From positions 1-24,688 of IMG/VR virus record IMGVR_UViG_3300027419_000190: 24,688 bases of DNA. One strand, written 5' to 3'. Positions 16,239-23,959 of the stretch are shown one piece after another (position 1 is the first letter of the stretch; each line of letters begins with the position of its first letter). The position numbers and the translations under genes are program-made. This DNA comes from a virus. Taxonomy: Duplodnaviria; Caudoviricetes. Under the pieces are notes generated by a model. The model had not been told where the DNA came from. It did no database searches and worked only from the letters and a program-made list of their open reading frames with translations.

Positions 16239-18059
16239 CTATTTAATCATATTAGGATTAGGAACTCCAGTATCATTAGGAGGAGGAATAGACTGACTAT
16301 TTTGAAAATCCATTGCCTTTTTATCTGGCTTCACATAATACTTGTCTGGATTAAAACCTAAACTTTCCAAATAATTTATCGTACAATTGTCGGCCGACAG
16401 TGTGGGGTTTGCCTTGGACTCGTCCAGCAGAGCTTTCGCTAACTCTACCCTAGTAGAACGGTTCATTGCAACCTCAAAGTCTTCCACCAACCTAACTTGC
16501 CAGGTGCAACCTTTTAATTCTGGGCTTAAACTAATCCACATTGGCTCTTTTCCCGGATTGACTACTGGAATCTGTCGAAAGACGGGTTTTTTAACCTTTT
16601 TACCGGAAGAATCTTCCACATCACGTCCGTATTTATCCTTGAGAACCGAATACTGGATAGGTTTAGTGTAGAACTGTTGAATTATAGGTATTCGGAGTCT
16701 TGCCCGGTCAAATAAGAGCTTGTAAATATGTACCATAAACGTCCCGGAGATACGTTTGGAATTTTCGTCAAGAATAACAGTCTCACGAGCGGTCTTTCGT
16801 CCAGAATGAACTCCCTGAGCGGTGGCGTCTATTGAAGAATTCTCATTGGAGTTGGTTTTTAAGAGTTGCAGAAGCTGAAACGCTGACTGAGTAGACCCGG
16901 ACATATCCATTTCTTTCATCTGGGCGATATCTCCGGTCATTTTAATCGTCTTTCCTGGGTACAACTGGTAAGAATCAATCTCAATTCCCATCCCTAAAAG
17001 GATAGGTTTGTTGATGGCCAGGACTTCCTGGTCAATCATCAATCTTAGAAGTGCGTTGCGAGTATCTTGTTCTCCAGATAGGAGGTCAGGGAAAGATTTC
17101 CCATAAAAACAATCCTCATCGGCGATTTCAAAGACAGTCTTGGCGAAAGGTAATCGGTGGTGGTCGAAAGGAATCGGTCCTATCTCATCTCCGTCTTGAG
17201 GGTTCAGCCACACTCCATTGGCGAGAATAACGAACTCATCGAAATCTTCGTTGTAGTAACGAATCACTTCGACCATTTCATTTTTCTTGTCAGTGAGACT
17301 CTTGTAAAGGGACCCGTCAAAGTCACTACCCCACACACCAGCGTTGACGTACTCGGCTCCCGGATACTTTCCAAACTTATTCATGAAAGACTTCTTGGTG
17401 TAAAGTTTCAATACGGCACAGTCGTGTTCTATTTCAGATGAATTCTCGTTAGGATAGAAATCTAATAGGGGAACGATGTTAGAAACAACTTGTCCGGCTC
17501 CTCCGACCGTGATTTCTTTCTCAGAGAACTTAACCTGCCCAGTTTGTTGGTTGACACTCGTTATGTTTTTAATCTTTTGCTTCCGTTCTTCATAGACTTC
17601 TTCAACTACTACTGTTCCCTTACAAGCACAAGAGAGAGCTTGGAGGTAAAGTTTGTACGCTCCGTTCTCCCGCTTCCAGGTATCCTCGTAAACCCGGAAC
17701 ATATCTTGAGCGTAGTCGTGGTCTTTTTCTGTCTCTCCGATTAATGTGATGAAGGGTCTAGCTCCGGTAATCATCGCAACGATAGTCTTCACCTTTCCAC
17801 GAGTCTCGTGGTCCCAGATTAAAGACTGCCAGTCTTCCTTGGAGTTCTTAATCGCATCAGAAACGATTCCGTTATAAGAATCCATTGAATCATTGACGTA
17901 TTCCGTAATAGTCTTGTTGTTGAACTCCCTGCGAACTTTGTTCCTTTCCTCTTTCATCGCCGTGAAACGCTCAAAGACACGGTTAATTACCGCTATCTGT
18001 TTATCGGAAGGAAGATAGTTCGTAGCCGATTTTAATAGTTCCTCTTTTATCAGCTCCAT
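16239..18059 (-). CDS. portal protein
   Basis: ~606 aa directly after the terminase large subunit; P22-like portal features (IPFDH..LPF......FYGKS). Start moved to the ATG at 18059 because the upstream TTG overlaps a promoter. Confidence 0.8.
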   Translation of the reverse strand: MELIKEELLKSATNYLPSDKQIAVINRVFERFTAMKEERNKVRREFNNKTITEYVNDSMDSYNGIVSDAIKNSKEDWQSLIWDHETRGKVKTIVAMITGARPFITLIGETEKDHDYAQDMFRVYEDTWKRENGAYKLYLQALSCACKGTVVVEEVYEERKQKIKNITSVNQQTGQVKFSEKEITVGGAGQVVSNIVPLLDFYPNENSSEIEHDCAVLKLYTKKSFMNKFGKYPGAEYVNAGVWGSDFDGSLYKSLTDKKNEMVEVIRYYNEDFDEFVILANGVWLNPQDGDEIGPIPFDHHRLPFAKTVFEIADEDCFYGKSFPDLLSGEQDTRNALLRLMIDQEVLAINKPILLGMGIEIDSYQLYPGKTIKMTGDIAQMKEMDMSGSTQSAFQLLQLLKTNSNENSSIDATAQGVHSGRKTARETVILDENSKRISGTFMVHIYKLLFDRARLRIPIIQQFYTKPIQYSVLKDKYGRDVEDSSGKKVKKPVFRQIPVVNPGKEPMWISLSPELKGCTWQVRLVEDFEVAMNRSTRVELAKALLDESKANPTLSADNCTINYLESLGFNPDKYYVKPDKKAMDFQNSQSIPPPNDTGVPNPNMIK

Positions 18060-18065
18060 GCCAAT

Positions 18066-18094
18066 ATTATACAACAAAAAAGAAAAGCAAGCAA
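18066..18094 (-). promoter_or_regulatory. sigma70-like promoter (TTGCTT-17-TATAAT) giving a probable leaderless portal mRNA
   Basis: -35 at 18094-18089, -10 at 18071-18066, then 6 nt to the ATG at 18059. Confidence 0.6.
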
Positions 18095-18095
18095 C

Positions 18096-19625
18096 TTAGT
18101 ACGCAACAGAAGCTCCTGATTTTCTGATATTTAAAAACTTCTGGTAAGACCTGTCCACTATTTTTGAGACCGGGATTATGATTTCGATGATGTTTGAAAT
18201 GCAATCTACGATGTCATCGTGAGCCGCCATGGGAAAACGTAGGAGTTCCTGTTCGAGGACTGGAGTGTTCTTGTCATCGGAGTTGTGAAAGACATTTGCG
18301 ATGGCGTACTTAGGTTGCAACTTTTTAATCTTAGTGACCTTATCAATCGTTGGTTTAATTTCTACAATCTGCATCGTTCTGACTGAAGAGTTCTGTCTCA
18401 TCTTTTCTTCGTTAATAAAATACTTGAGGGCTTTCTGGTAAGCAGTGGTTTCAATTCCGACGAACGCAGGTTGCCATCTTTCGTAGTGAGAAAAGATTCC
18501 TCGTATAGTTTCCATTGGGTCGAGACGGTCCCTCGTTATTTCTAAAATAAAGATTCTATTCATCGTGTCCACGAGAACTGAGACGATGGCGGTGAAGTCA
18601 GCGGTGGTCTTTTTAGAAATCGCCGGGTCAACTAATGTGTAGATACGAAAACCTTTCTTCTTGATTTCTTCTAGTTGCAAAAAATTAAAGTATCGAAACA
18701 TCTCTCTACGAAAAATCTGGTCTTCTTCGGAGATAGGTTCGTTAAAATATTCCTGATAAAATCCAGCGTCACCTTTATCGGAGACACGCATCTCTTCTCT
18801 CTTCTGTTCCAGCTTCTCAACAGTCCAGTTAGTCGGCCAGAGAAGAATCCGGTCCTTGTCCCAGGCTCGGTAAATCTTTCCGTTGTGGTTCCTAATAAGA
18901 GTGTTAAGAAGAGAATCATCGTGAAGAATCGTCCCGAACATCTTAATGACCCCGGTGTCGTTATCCACCGCCGGGATGATTCCTTTGATGTAGTTGTTGA
19001 GATACTTAGACCGTTGTTCCACGTTATCAATGTGTTCGTCAGACTCTACGTCATCTAAGAGGACTCTGGTAGGTCTACTGTGACGAGATTTCAAACCTCT
19101 AATCGGAGTGTCGTAACCTTTAGACCTAAGCCGGACACCATTCACAAAGAAGTCTCCTGAGGAATCTCGGATGTTATCTTGGTCTTTCCCTTTCACGTTC
19201 ACCTTGGTCAGGTCTCCATAAACTCTTAAAATCTCATCGTTCATCTTGAACTCCTCCCTCACCGCCTCCAGAACTTCCGCACTCTCAGTAAAGGTCTTTT
19301 CAATAAGGACGATGAACTCATCTAATCCATTAACACAAGAATAGGCGATACAAAGCTGATTGATGGTGGTTTTTCCGAAACCTCTGGGGCAAGCGGTGTA
19401 ATCGTTGCCTTTCCTAAAGAATAGACGGACTAACTGGTAGTGAAACTCCGGGGTAGGTTTGTTGAAGTACTTCGGCAGGAAGTAATGACCCCACATCACG
19501 CACTTCACCGTCAACTCATCCAGGTTGTCCTTAGGTTTGAAAAAAGCCCGAATATCTTCGGGATTAGCACCCTTCTTAATAATCTCTGAAAACTCGGCCT
19601 TTAGTTTTTGGATGAGAAGATTCAT
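18096..19625 (-). CDS. terL: terminase large subunit
   Basis: Walker A PRGFGKTT, Walker B VLLDDVE, coupling motif FGTILH, nuclease motifs VDPA...DFTA and HDDIVD. Confidence 0.95.
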   Translation of the reverse strand: MNLLIQKLKAEFSEIIKKGANPEDIRAFFKPKDNLDELTVKCVMWGHYFLPKYFNKPTPEFHYQLVRLFFRKGNDYTACPRGFGKTTINQLCIAYSCVNGLDEFIVLIEKTFTESAEVLEAVREEFKMNDEILRVYGDLTKVNVKGKDQDNIRDSSGDFFVNGVRLRSKGYDTPIRGLKSRHSRPTRVLLDDVESDEHIDNVEQRSKYLNNYIKGIIPAVDNDTGVIKMFGTILHDDSLLNTLIRNHNGKIYRAWDKDRILLWPTNWTVEKLEQKREEMRVSDKGDAGFYQEYFNEPISEEDQIFRREMFRYFNFLQLEEIKKKGFRIYTLVDPAISKKTTADFTAIVSVLVDTMNRIFILEITRDRLDPMETIRGIFSHYERWQPAFVGIETTAYQKALKYFINEEKMRQNSSVRTMQIVEIKPTIDKVTKIKKLQPKYAIANVFHNSDDKNTPVLEQELLRFPMAAHDDIVDCISNIIEIIIPVSKIVDRSYQKFLNIRKSGASVAY

Positions 19626-19703
19626 TTAATTAAACGGCCACCTCCGGTCGATTTTACGATTAAAGAGAACTGATAAGATGTAAGAAAATAATTTAGTAAT
19701 CAT
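19626..19703 (-). CDS. 25-aa micro-ORF (MITKLFSYILSVLFNRKIDRRWPFN)
   Basis: Its stop codon directly abuts the terL ATG, and its start overlaps the end of the preceding micro-ORF. Confidence 0.45.
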   Translation of the reverse strand: MITKLFSYILSVLFNRKIDRRWPFN

Positions 19704-19776
19704 ACCAACTTCTGGTAAAGAGTCCCCAAATAAAACCAGCGAGGAAGCTACCAAGGATGCAAATAAAGAAAAACAT
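19693..19776 (-). CDS. 27-aa hydrophobic micro-ORF (MFFFICILGSFLAGFIWGLFTRSWYDY)
   Basis: TAATG overlap with the terS stop; one predicted TM helix. Confidence 0.5.
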   Translation of the reverse strand: MFFFICILGSFLAGFIWGLFTRSWYDY

Positions 19777-20336
19777 TACTTTATCTCACTGAAGTTAGCT
19801 ATTCTCTTTTGCGCTACATCTCTTTCTTCATCTGATAACGCTCCGGGAGTCGTTGTGGCTGACAACTCTAATCGGTCCACCCAACCCCTGTTCTTTAGCC
19901 AGAAAATCTGGAAGGCAGGGTTCTGCTTCCTCTGGGCGGTGTACTCCATGTACATCTCTACGAAATAGACGCACTTCTGAAGAAAGGCCATATTGGGGTC
20001 TTTTTCAGGGTTGTTACATTTATTCTGGAATTCAGTCTTATTCATTCCAAGGTAAATCCCTATCCCTGATATAGTAATCGCCATTCCCCCGGTAATACAG
20101 AATCTGAAATACTGCATGATGATAGTAGCCATTTCAATAGGCTTTCTCATGCTATTAGTAAGACCAGGAGCGTTATGGTCGATATTAGAAAGAACTGATG
20201 ACTCAAAAGCGTCCAGGGTTTGCAATAAATATTCCTTGTCCCTCTCCTCAAGTTTTGTTAGTCCCCCAGGAGAATTTTTAGCTCTCCCTGACTTCTTTAA
20301 CATATAATCCTTATTTCTCTGAGCTACTTCATTCAT
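19776..20336 (-). CDS. terS: terminase small subunit (P22 gp3-like DNA packaging protein)
   Basis: ITISGIGIYLGM and AFQIFWLKNRGWVD motifs of gp3-type TerS; upstream of terL; start placed at the ATG at 20336 (MNEVAQ). Confidence 0.75.
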   Translation of the reverse strand: MNEVAQRNKDYMLKKSGRAKNSPGGLTKLEERDKEYLLQTLDAFESSVLSNIDHNAPGLTNSMRKPIEMATIIMQYFRFCITGGMAITISGIGIYLGMNKTEFQNKCNNPEKDPNMAFLQKCVYFVEMYMEYTAQRKQNPAFQIFWLKNRGWVDRLELSATTTPGALSDEERDVAQKRIANFSEIK

Positions 20337-20437
20337 ATTTTTATATTTTAGGAAATTGTAGATGATGTGGACAAAACATAAAATCAGACCCAAATTGTTT
20401 CCTTATCGAATTACAGGTCGAACAGTCATTGGTCTCC

Positions 20438-20674
20438 TTATACCTCTCGATAAAAAAAACTGGCATGCTCTTCCAGATAATCCCTCCTCCACTCATCCTT
20501 GGGAACGACATTAATCTTAACTTTATCCGTAACAGAAGACACCGGATTATCCGTAACAGATTTATCCGTAACAGAAACTTTGTTACGGTTAAACGTAACA
20601 CGACAACTAGCAGAACAGAACTTAGCATCAGTTCTCTTTGATTCAAATTCTTTTTGGCAAGTATAGCACTTCAT
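20438..20674 (-). CDS. small Zn-finger protein with SVTD repeats (possibly extending to 20341 across a T8 run)
   Basis: CYTC...FCSASCR motif and three SVTD repeats; promoter immediately upstream. Confidence 0.7.
   Translation of the reverse strand: MKCYTCQKEFESKRTDAKFCSASCRVTFNRNKVSVTDKSVTDNPVSSVTDKVKINVVPKDEWRRDYLEEHASFFYREV
20523..20600. repeat. iteron-like array: three direct copies of TTATCCGTAACAGA, one inverted CCGTAACA and one CGTAACA
   Basis: Copies at 20523-20536, 20547-20560 and 20562-20575; inverted copy at 20581-20588; core copy at 20594-20600. Confidence 0.85.
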
Positions 20675-20680
20675 AGTCCT

Positions 20681-20708
20681 ACTATAACATTTGATACATT
20701 ATTGTCAA
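20681..20708 (-). promoter_or_regulatory. sigma70-like promoter (TTGACA-16-TATAGT, extended -10 TG) at the head of the packaging/structural operon; leaderless start
   Basis: -35 at 20708-20703, -10 at 20686-20681, then 6 nt to the ATG at 20674. Confidence 0.7.
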
Positions 20709-21017
20709 GGCCTTTTTTGTTTTTTATGCGTGGGAAAGGGGTCTTTTTACATTTTTATGGGGGGAGGGGGTTTTAATAAAACTATAGGATTGAGGGGGTG
20801 GACCCTAAATTTTTAAGAGAAGAGGGGGTGGGAGGGTGATGGTACACCCCCTTGCCCTATGTGCCTATGATTATCAAATAACGCTTAAACAAAGCAAAGC
20901 AAGCACAATAAACTAACTAGCTATGCTTAATAACATACTATATATGGTATATGTATGTATGTATGCGTATGTACTGTATATGTTATGGCTTATATAAAGC
21001 ACATAATGTATGTGTAA

Positions 21018-21045
21018 GTGTCGCATAATACATATTGTGCGACAC
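21018..21045. other. dif-like Xer/tyrosine recombinase site (11-6-11)
   Basis: GTGTCGCATAA-TACATA-TTGTGCGACAC. The left arm shares CGCATAA with the XerC arm of E. coli dif (GGTGCGCATAA); the arms are inverted repeats with one mismatch. Confidence 0.65.
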
Positions 21046-21383
21046 TGTATATTTGGCTCTGTATTGCATTTTAAGTGTTGTATGCCTTATTTGGACATCT
21101 ATGTATGCCTAACTGTTTTACGCCTCTTGTAGGCTATTTTATTGCGTCAAAATGGCTTGATATTTTTAACTGTCAAGGTTTTTTGCTGTTTTGATTCATT
21201 TCGTTAATAATCCAATCTAATATATTTGATACATTTCGTCATTATTTTCTTAATATCTCTATAATTTTATTCTGTTATATAAAAGACTAATAAAATTTGA
21301 TAATTAATAATATATTTATTCTCTATATAATAATAACCATATAATCCTATAAATACTTTATTACTGGCGGGATTTTTGTAATC

Positions 21384-21413
21384 AAAAAGGCTAGCGATTT
21401 TATTCGCCAGCCT
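21384..21413 (-). terminator. rho-independent terminator
   Basis: Minus-strand stem AGGCTGGCGA/TCGCTAGCCT followed by a T-run, just after the stop at 21429. Confidence 0.75.
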
Positions 21414-21428
21414 CTATTAAAAACTATC

Positions 21429-21932
21429 CTATTTTGTATAAGCGTTATTTGAATAATGAGCCAAAAGCTGTTCGTCAGTCATTCCTTGTGCTCTATGGTC
21501 TATAATCCAATTAGTCACAATCTTTTCTACACTTGCATTATCCTTGTAACAAGTGGGCGGATTATATCCATATTGATTAGATAATCCCTTAGCCTTGCAA
21601 GTTACATCTAAACCAGTTTTGGCTGTTCCGGAGTTTGTTTCGTGTTCATGGATTATATCCAATAAGTCATTAACTGTTCTTTTATCTGTTTTGACTTCTT
21701 TTTTAGCCTCTTGTGGCTTAATTTCTTTGGCTTCGGCTGGTTTTGCTATGTTGATTATAACTGTTTTTGGGCTAAAATAGTCATATATTCCCCATTTGAT
21801 GCCATAGTGTAGGCATCCAACCATCACCGCTTCTGTTACAACCACCGCAAAAGCCAATTTCAGGGCTTCTTTTCGGGCATCTATGTAGAAAAGCCTACAT
21901 TTTAGCTCGATTGCCCGTAATTTTGTTTTCAT
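21429..21932 (-). CDS. membrane-anchored protein, possible lysozyme-like C-terminal domain
   Basis: Hydrophobic segment LAFAVVVTEAVMVGCLHYGI, a Lys/Glu linker, and an IHEHET.SG...NQYGY...Y pattern loosely resembling lysozyme-like folds. Confidence 0.45.
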   Translation of the reverse strand: MKTKLRAIELKCRLFYIDARKEALKLAFAVVVTEAVMVGCLHYGIKWGIYDYFSPKTVIINIAKPAEAKEIKPQEAKKEVKTDKRTVNDLLDIIHEHETNSGTAKTGLDVTCKAKGLSNQYGYNPPTCYKDNASVEKIVTNWIIDHRAQGMTDEQLLAHYSNNAYTK

Positions 21933-21988
21933 TTTGTTTTTTTTAGTTAGTTATATCACCCGTAGGTTTACACCCTAACCATATGTCC

Positions 21989-22017
21989 AGTATAGCAAAT
22001 TTTAGGCCGTTTGTCAA
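21989..22017 (-). promoter_or_regulatory. sigma70-like promoter (TTGACA-17-TATACT, extended -10)
   Basis: -35 at 22017-22012 and -10 at 21994-21989, upstream of 21429..21932. Confidence 0.75.
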
Positions 22018-22019
22018 AT

Positions 22020-22045
22020 AAAAAAGCAAGCTGTTTTAGCTTGCT
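22020..22045 (-). terminator. rho-independent terminator ending the small-gene operon
   Basis: Stem AGCAAGCT/AGCTTGCT followed by a T-run on the minus strand. Confidence 0.7.
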
Positions 22046-22057
22046 AGTTTGTCTTAT

Positions 22058-22213
22058 TTATTCCGCTTCTTTTATCCATTTCTTTATTATGTCAATATCA
22101 TTTCCGCCGATTATATGATTGACGACACAATCAATCCAGATACATCTTGCTTTTCTTTTCTCTTCAACTTCTTCAATTATTCTCTTCAATGCTCCGAAAG
22201 TTTCGTTATTCAT
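22058..22213 (-). CDS. hypothetical protein, 51 aa (MNNETFGALKRII...)
   Basis: ORF read by hand; fills the gap between 22226 and the terminator. Confidence 0.55.
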   Translation of the reverse strand: MNNETFGALKRIIEEVEEKRKARCIWIDCVVNHIIGGNDIDIIKKWIKEAE

Positions 22214-22225
22214 ATATATAATTGA

Positions 22226-22711
22226 TTATAATATTGGCGATAATATTTCCACTATTCTGGCTGTTATTTTGGGAATAATAACGCTGTTTATTTCTTTGGC
22301 TAATGCTTCGTCTTTTGGTATCATTCCACCTGTTCCAGAAATATGGCAATTTCCACTATTCCAGTATTGCGCCGATTCTCTCAAAAAATAAAACTCTGTC
22401 ATCAATTCCCTTAGTTCCCATCCTTCTTTTTCGCTAAAAGTTTTTACAGTTAAAAAATCCCCTGTAAAAATATTTTTATCGCTTTCCGTTCCCTTATATT
22501 CTCCGTCTGCATGGCTATGGCTTGAAATATCAAGCGCCTTGCTTGGCTGTCTGTTTTGTTTGTATGTTTCAACATACCCAAAACCCCAATACCAGCCACA
22601 ATCCCATTTTGGCGATTCTAGCCAATATTTTACGCTGTCGGCGTCCTTGCCCAATAGATAAACATCTTTATTAAATGCGTGGTCTTTAGTTTTTTTTAGT
22701 TCCTTTTGCAT
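22226..22711 (-). CDS. hypothetical phage protein (WDCGWYWGFGY motif)
   Basis: 161-aa ORF in the early-type operon. The ORF track start is TTG; an ATG at 22712 is not in this frame by the track, so the exact start is uncertain by a few nt. Confidence 0.7.
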   Translation of the reverse strand: MQKELKKTKDHAFNKDVYLLGKDADSVKYWLESPKWDCGWYWGFGYVETYKQNRQPSKALDISSHSHADGEYKGTESDKNIFTGDFLTVKTFSEKEGWELRELMTEFYFLRESAQYWNSGNCHISGTGGMIPKDEALAKEINSVIIPKITARIVEILSPIL

Positions 22712-22720
22712 TTTATTTAT

Positions 22721-22900
22721 TTAATTATTTAATATCATCCGCCCGAGCGTCCTCGCCTTGCTCAATCCTTGCTTTTTGGCTTCCTTTTCTAGTTTTTCCA
22801 TTGCTTCCACTTTCAGCAAAACATTGAAACGGCGGTATTGACTGGCGGATAACTGTTTTAGTTTTTGCCGTAGTTCGGCTATTTCTTGTGTTTTATCCAT
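22721..22900 (-). CDS. ribbon-helix-helix (CopG/Arc-like) DNA-binding protein, 59 aa
   Basis: Read by hand: ...YRRFNVLLKVEAMEKLEKEAKKQGLSKARTLGRMI fits the beta-strand, helix, G-x-S, helix RHH pattern. Confidence 0.65.
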   Translation of the reverse strand: MDKTQEIAELRQKLKQLSASQYRRFNVLLKVEAMEKLEKEAKKQGLSKARTLGRMILNN

Positions 22901-22904
22901 ATAA

Positions 22905-23492
22905 TTATATAATATATTTTGTTAAATCTTCATTTTTCCATTCCTCTGGCAAGTCTTCCCTTATATCCTCAATGCCATAAAATCCACTCCGACTGTCCAC
23001 TTCTTCGCCATTTTCATCATACAAATTAAATCCGTATATTTCCCCGCTTATCCAGTCATTATATAGGGATAATTCGGCTTTTATTACTTTTTCAAAATCT
23101 TTCTTTTTTACCCCGCTATCCTTTTGCGTTTTATCAGTGATGATATAAAAGCCATTATTTGAATAATCAAAACCGCTAATATTCCCCAATTTATAAACTA
23201 CCCCGCTATGCTCATATTTTGTAATTGGATAAATTGCCAATACCTTACCCTCGCTCAATTCATCCTCTACTGCCTTTTTTATCATCTTGATATGACCGGC
23301 TTGGTTTTCTGCCTCGTCCCCTGTTTCCCTGATTATCCTTTCCAAATATTCGTGCTTGTCGGGGCTATACGCCTTACTATCAACAGTGATAAAATATCCC
23401 GAATTGCCGTCCCATTCTCTCGGGCTTTCTGCGTCATTATCGTGGTATATTTCCAGTCTGTTTTTTTCTACTATTGTTTTATATGTTTTCAT
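22905..23492 (-). CDS. conserved hypothetical phage protein (ESPREWD...YEHSG...GEIYG...DS.SGFYG)
   Basis: 195-aa acidic ORF; the motif pattern resembles proteins of phage early regions and mobile elements; function unknown. Confidence 0.7.
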   Translation of the reverse strand: MKTYKTIVEKNRLEIYHDNDAESPREWDGNSGYFITVDSKAYSPDKHEYLERIIRETGDEAENQAGHIKMIKKAVEDELSEGKVLAIYPITKYEHSGVVYKLGNISGFDYSNNGFYIITDKTQKDSGVKKKDFEKVIKAELSLYNDWISGEIYGFNLYDENGEEVDSRSGFYGIEDIREDLPEEWKNEDLTKYII

Positions 23493-23494
23493 TA

Positions 23495-23596
23495 TTATTT
23501 GCTAATTTTTAAATACTCCTCCAGTCTCTCGATATTAAGCACCTCGCATAATATCATTAACTTTTTAAGCTCCTCTAACATTTGTTGTTTTGTCAT
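23495..23596 (-). CDS. hypothetical protein, 33 aa
   Basis: Read by hand (MTKQQMLEELKKLMILCEVLNIERLEEYLKISK); its stop is 2 nt from the next ATG. Confidence 0.45.
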   Translation of the reverse strand: MTKQQMLEELKKLMILCEVLNIERLEEYLKISK

Positions 23597-23613
23597 TTTT
23601 TTGATTTAGTTTA

Positions 23614-23784
23614 TTATTTTTTCATTCTCTCCTTTTTCGTGGCTCTCAAATAAACAGAATACCACTTGTCGGGAATATTATAATAATCCGCCGCGTTTTG
23701 GGCTATTTCTTCAGTTATATCTTCAATCCGGTAATTTAATCGAAGATATATTATAGCCTCCCGCCTCCTTTGTTTTTCCGTCAT
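23614..23784 (-). CDS. hypothetical protein, 56 aa
   Basis: Read by hand (MTEKQRRREAIIYLRLNY...); preceded by SD-like AAGGCGGTG; first ORF after the promoter at 23931-23959. Confidence 0.5.
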   Translation of the reverse strand: MTEKQRRREAIIYLRLNYRIEDITEEIAQNAADYYNIPDKWYSVYLRATKKERMKK

Positions 23785-23861
23785 ATTTCCCACCGCCTTT
23801 CTAGTTTATTTTTTAATTTATTTTGTGAACCGCTTGCAAGTTTTCACTATGTAGCAGTTCG

Positions 23862-23917
23862 GGCAAGGGATAGAGAATATACGCAAATTATATTTATCGT
23901 TTTTTCTATCCCTTGCC
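23862..23917. repeat. 13-bp perfect inverted repeat in the 5' leader
   Basis: GGCAAGGGATAGA (23862-23874) / TCTATCCCTTGCC (23905-23917). Confidence 0.85.
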
Positions 23918-23930
23918 TATCGTTACCAGT

Positions 23931-23959
23931 AGTCTAGCACACTGTATTACAACTGTCAA
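23931..23959 (-). promoter_or_regulatory. sigma70-like promoter (TTGACA-17-TAGACT, extended -10)
   Basis: -35 at 23959-23954 and -10 at 23936-23931; the palindrome ACTGT-CA-ACAGT overlaps the -35 box. Confidence 0.7.

Noticed and set aside
2480-20393. Longest-ORF starts at 3160, 4243, 8711, 10509, 18077 and 20393
   Set aside because: They create long overlaps or run into promoters. Downstream ATGs give stop/start coupling or match paralog N-termini.
3562-23609. Plus-strand ORFs and nested minus-strand ORFs in the six-frame track
   Set aside because: They lie antisense to, or out of frame within, well-supported genes and show no recognisable motifs, so they are treated as shadow ORFs.
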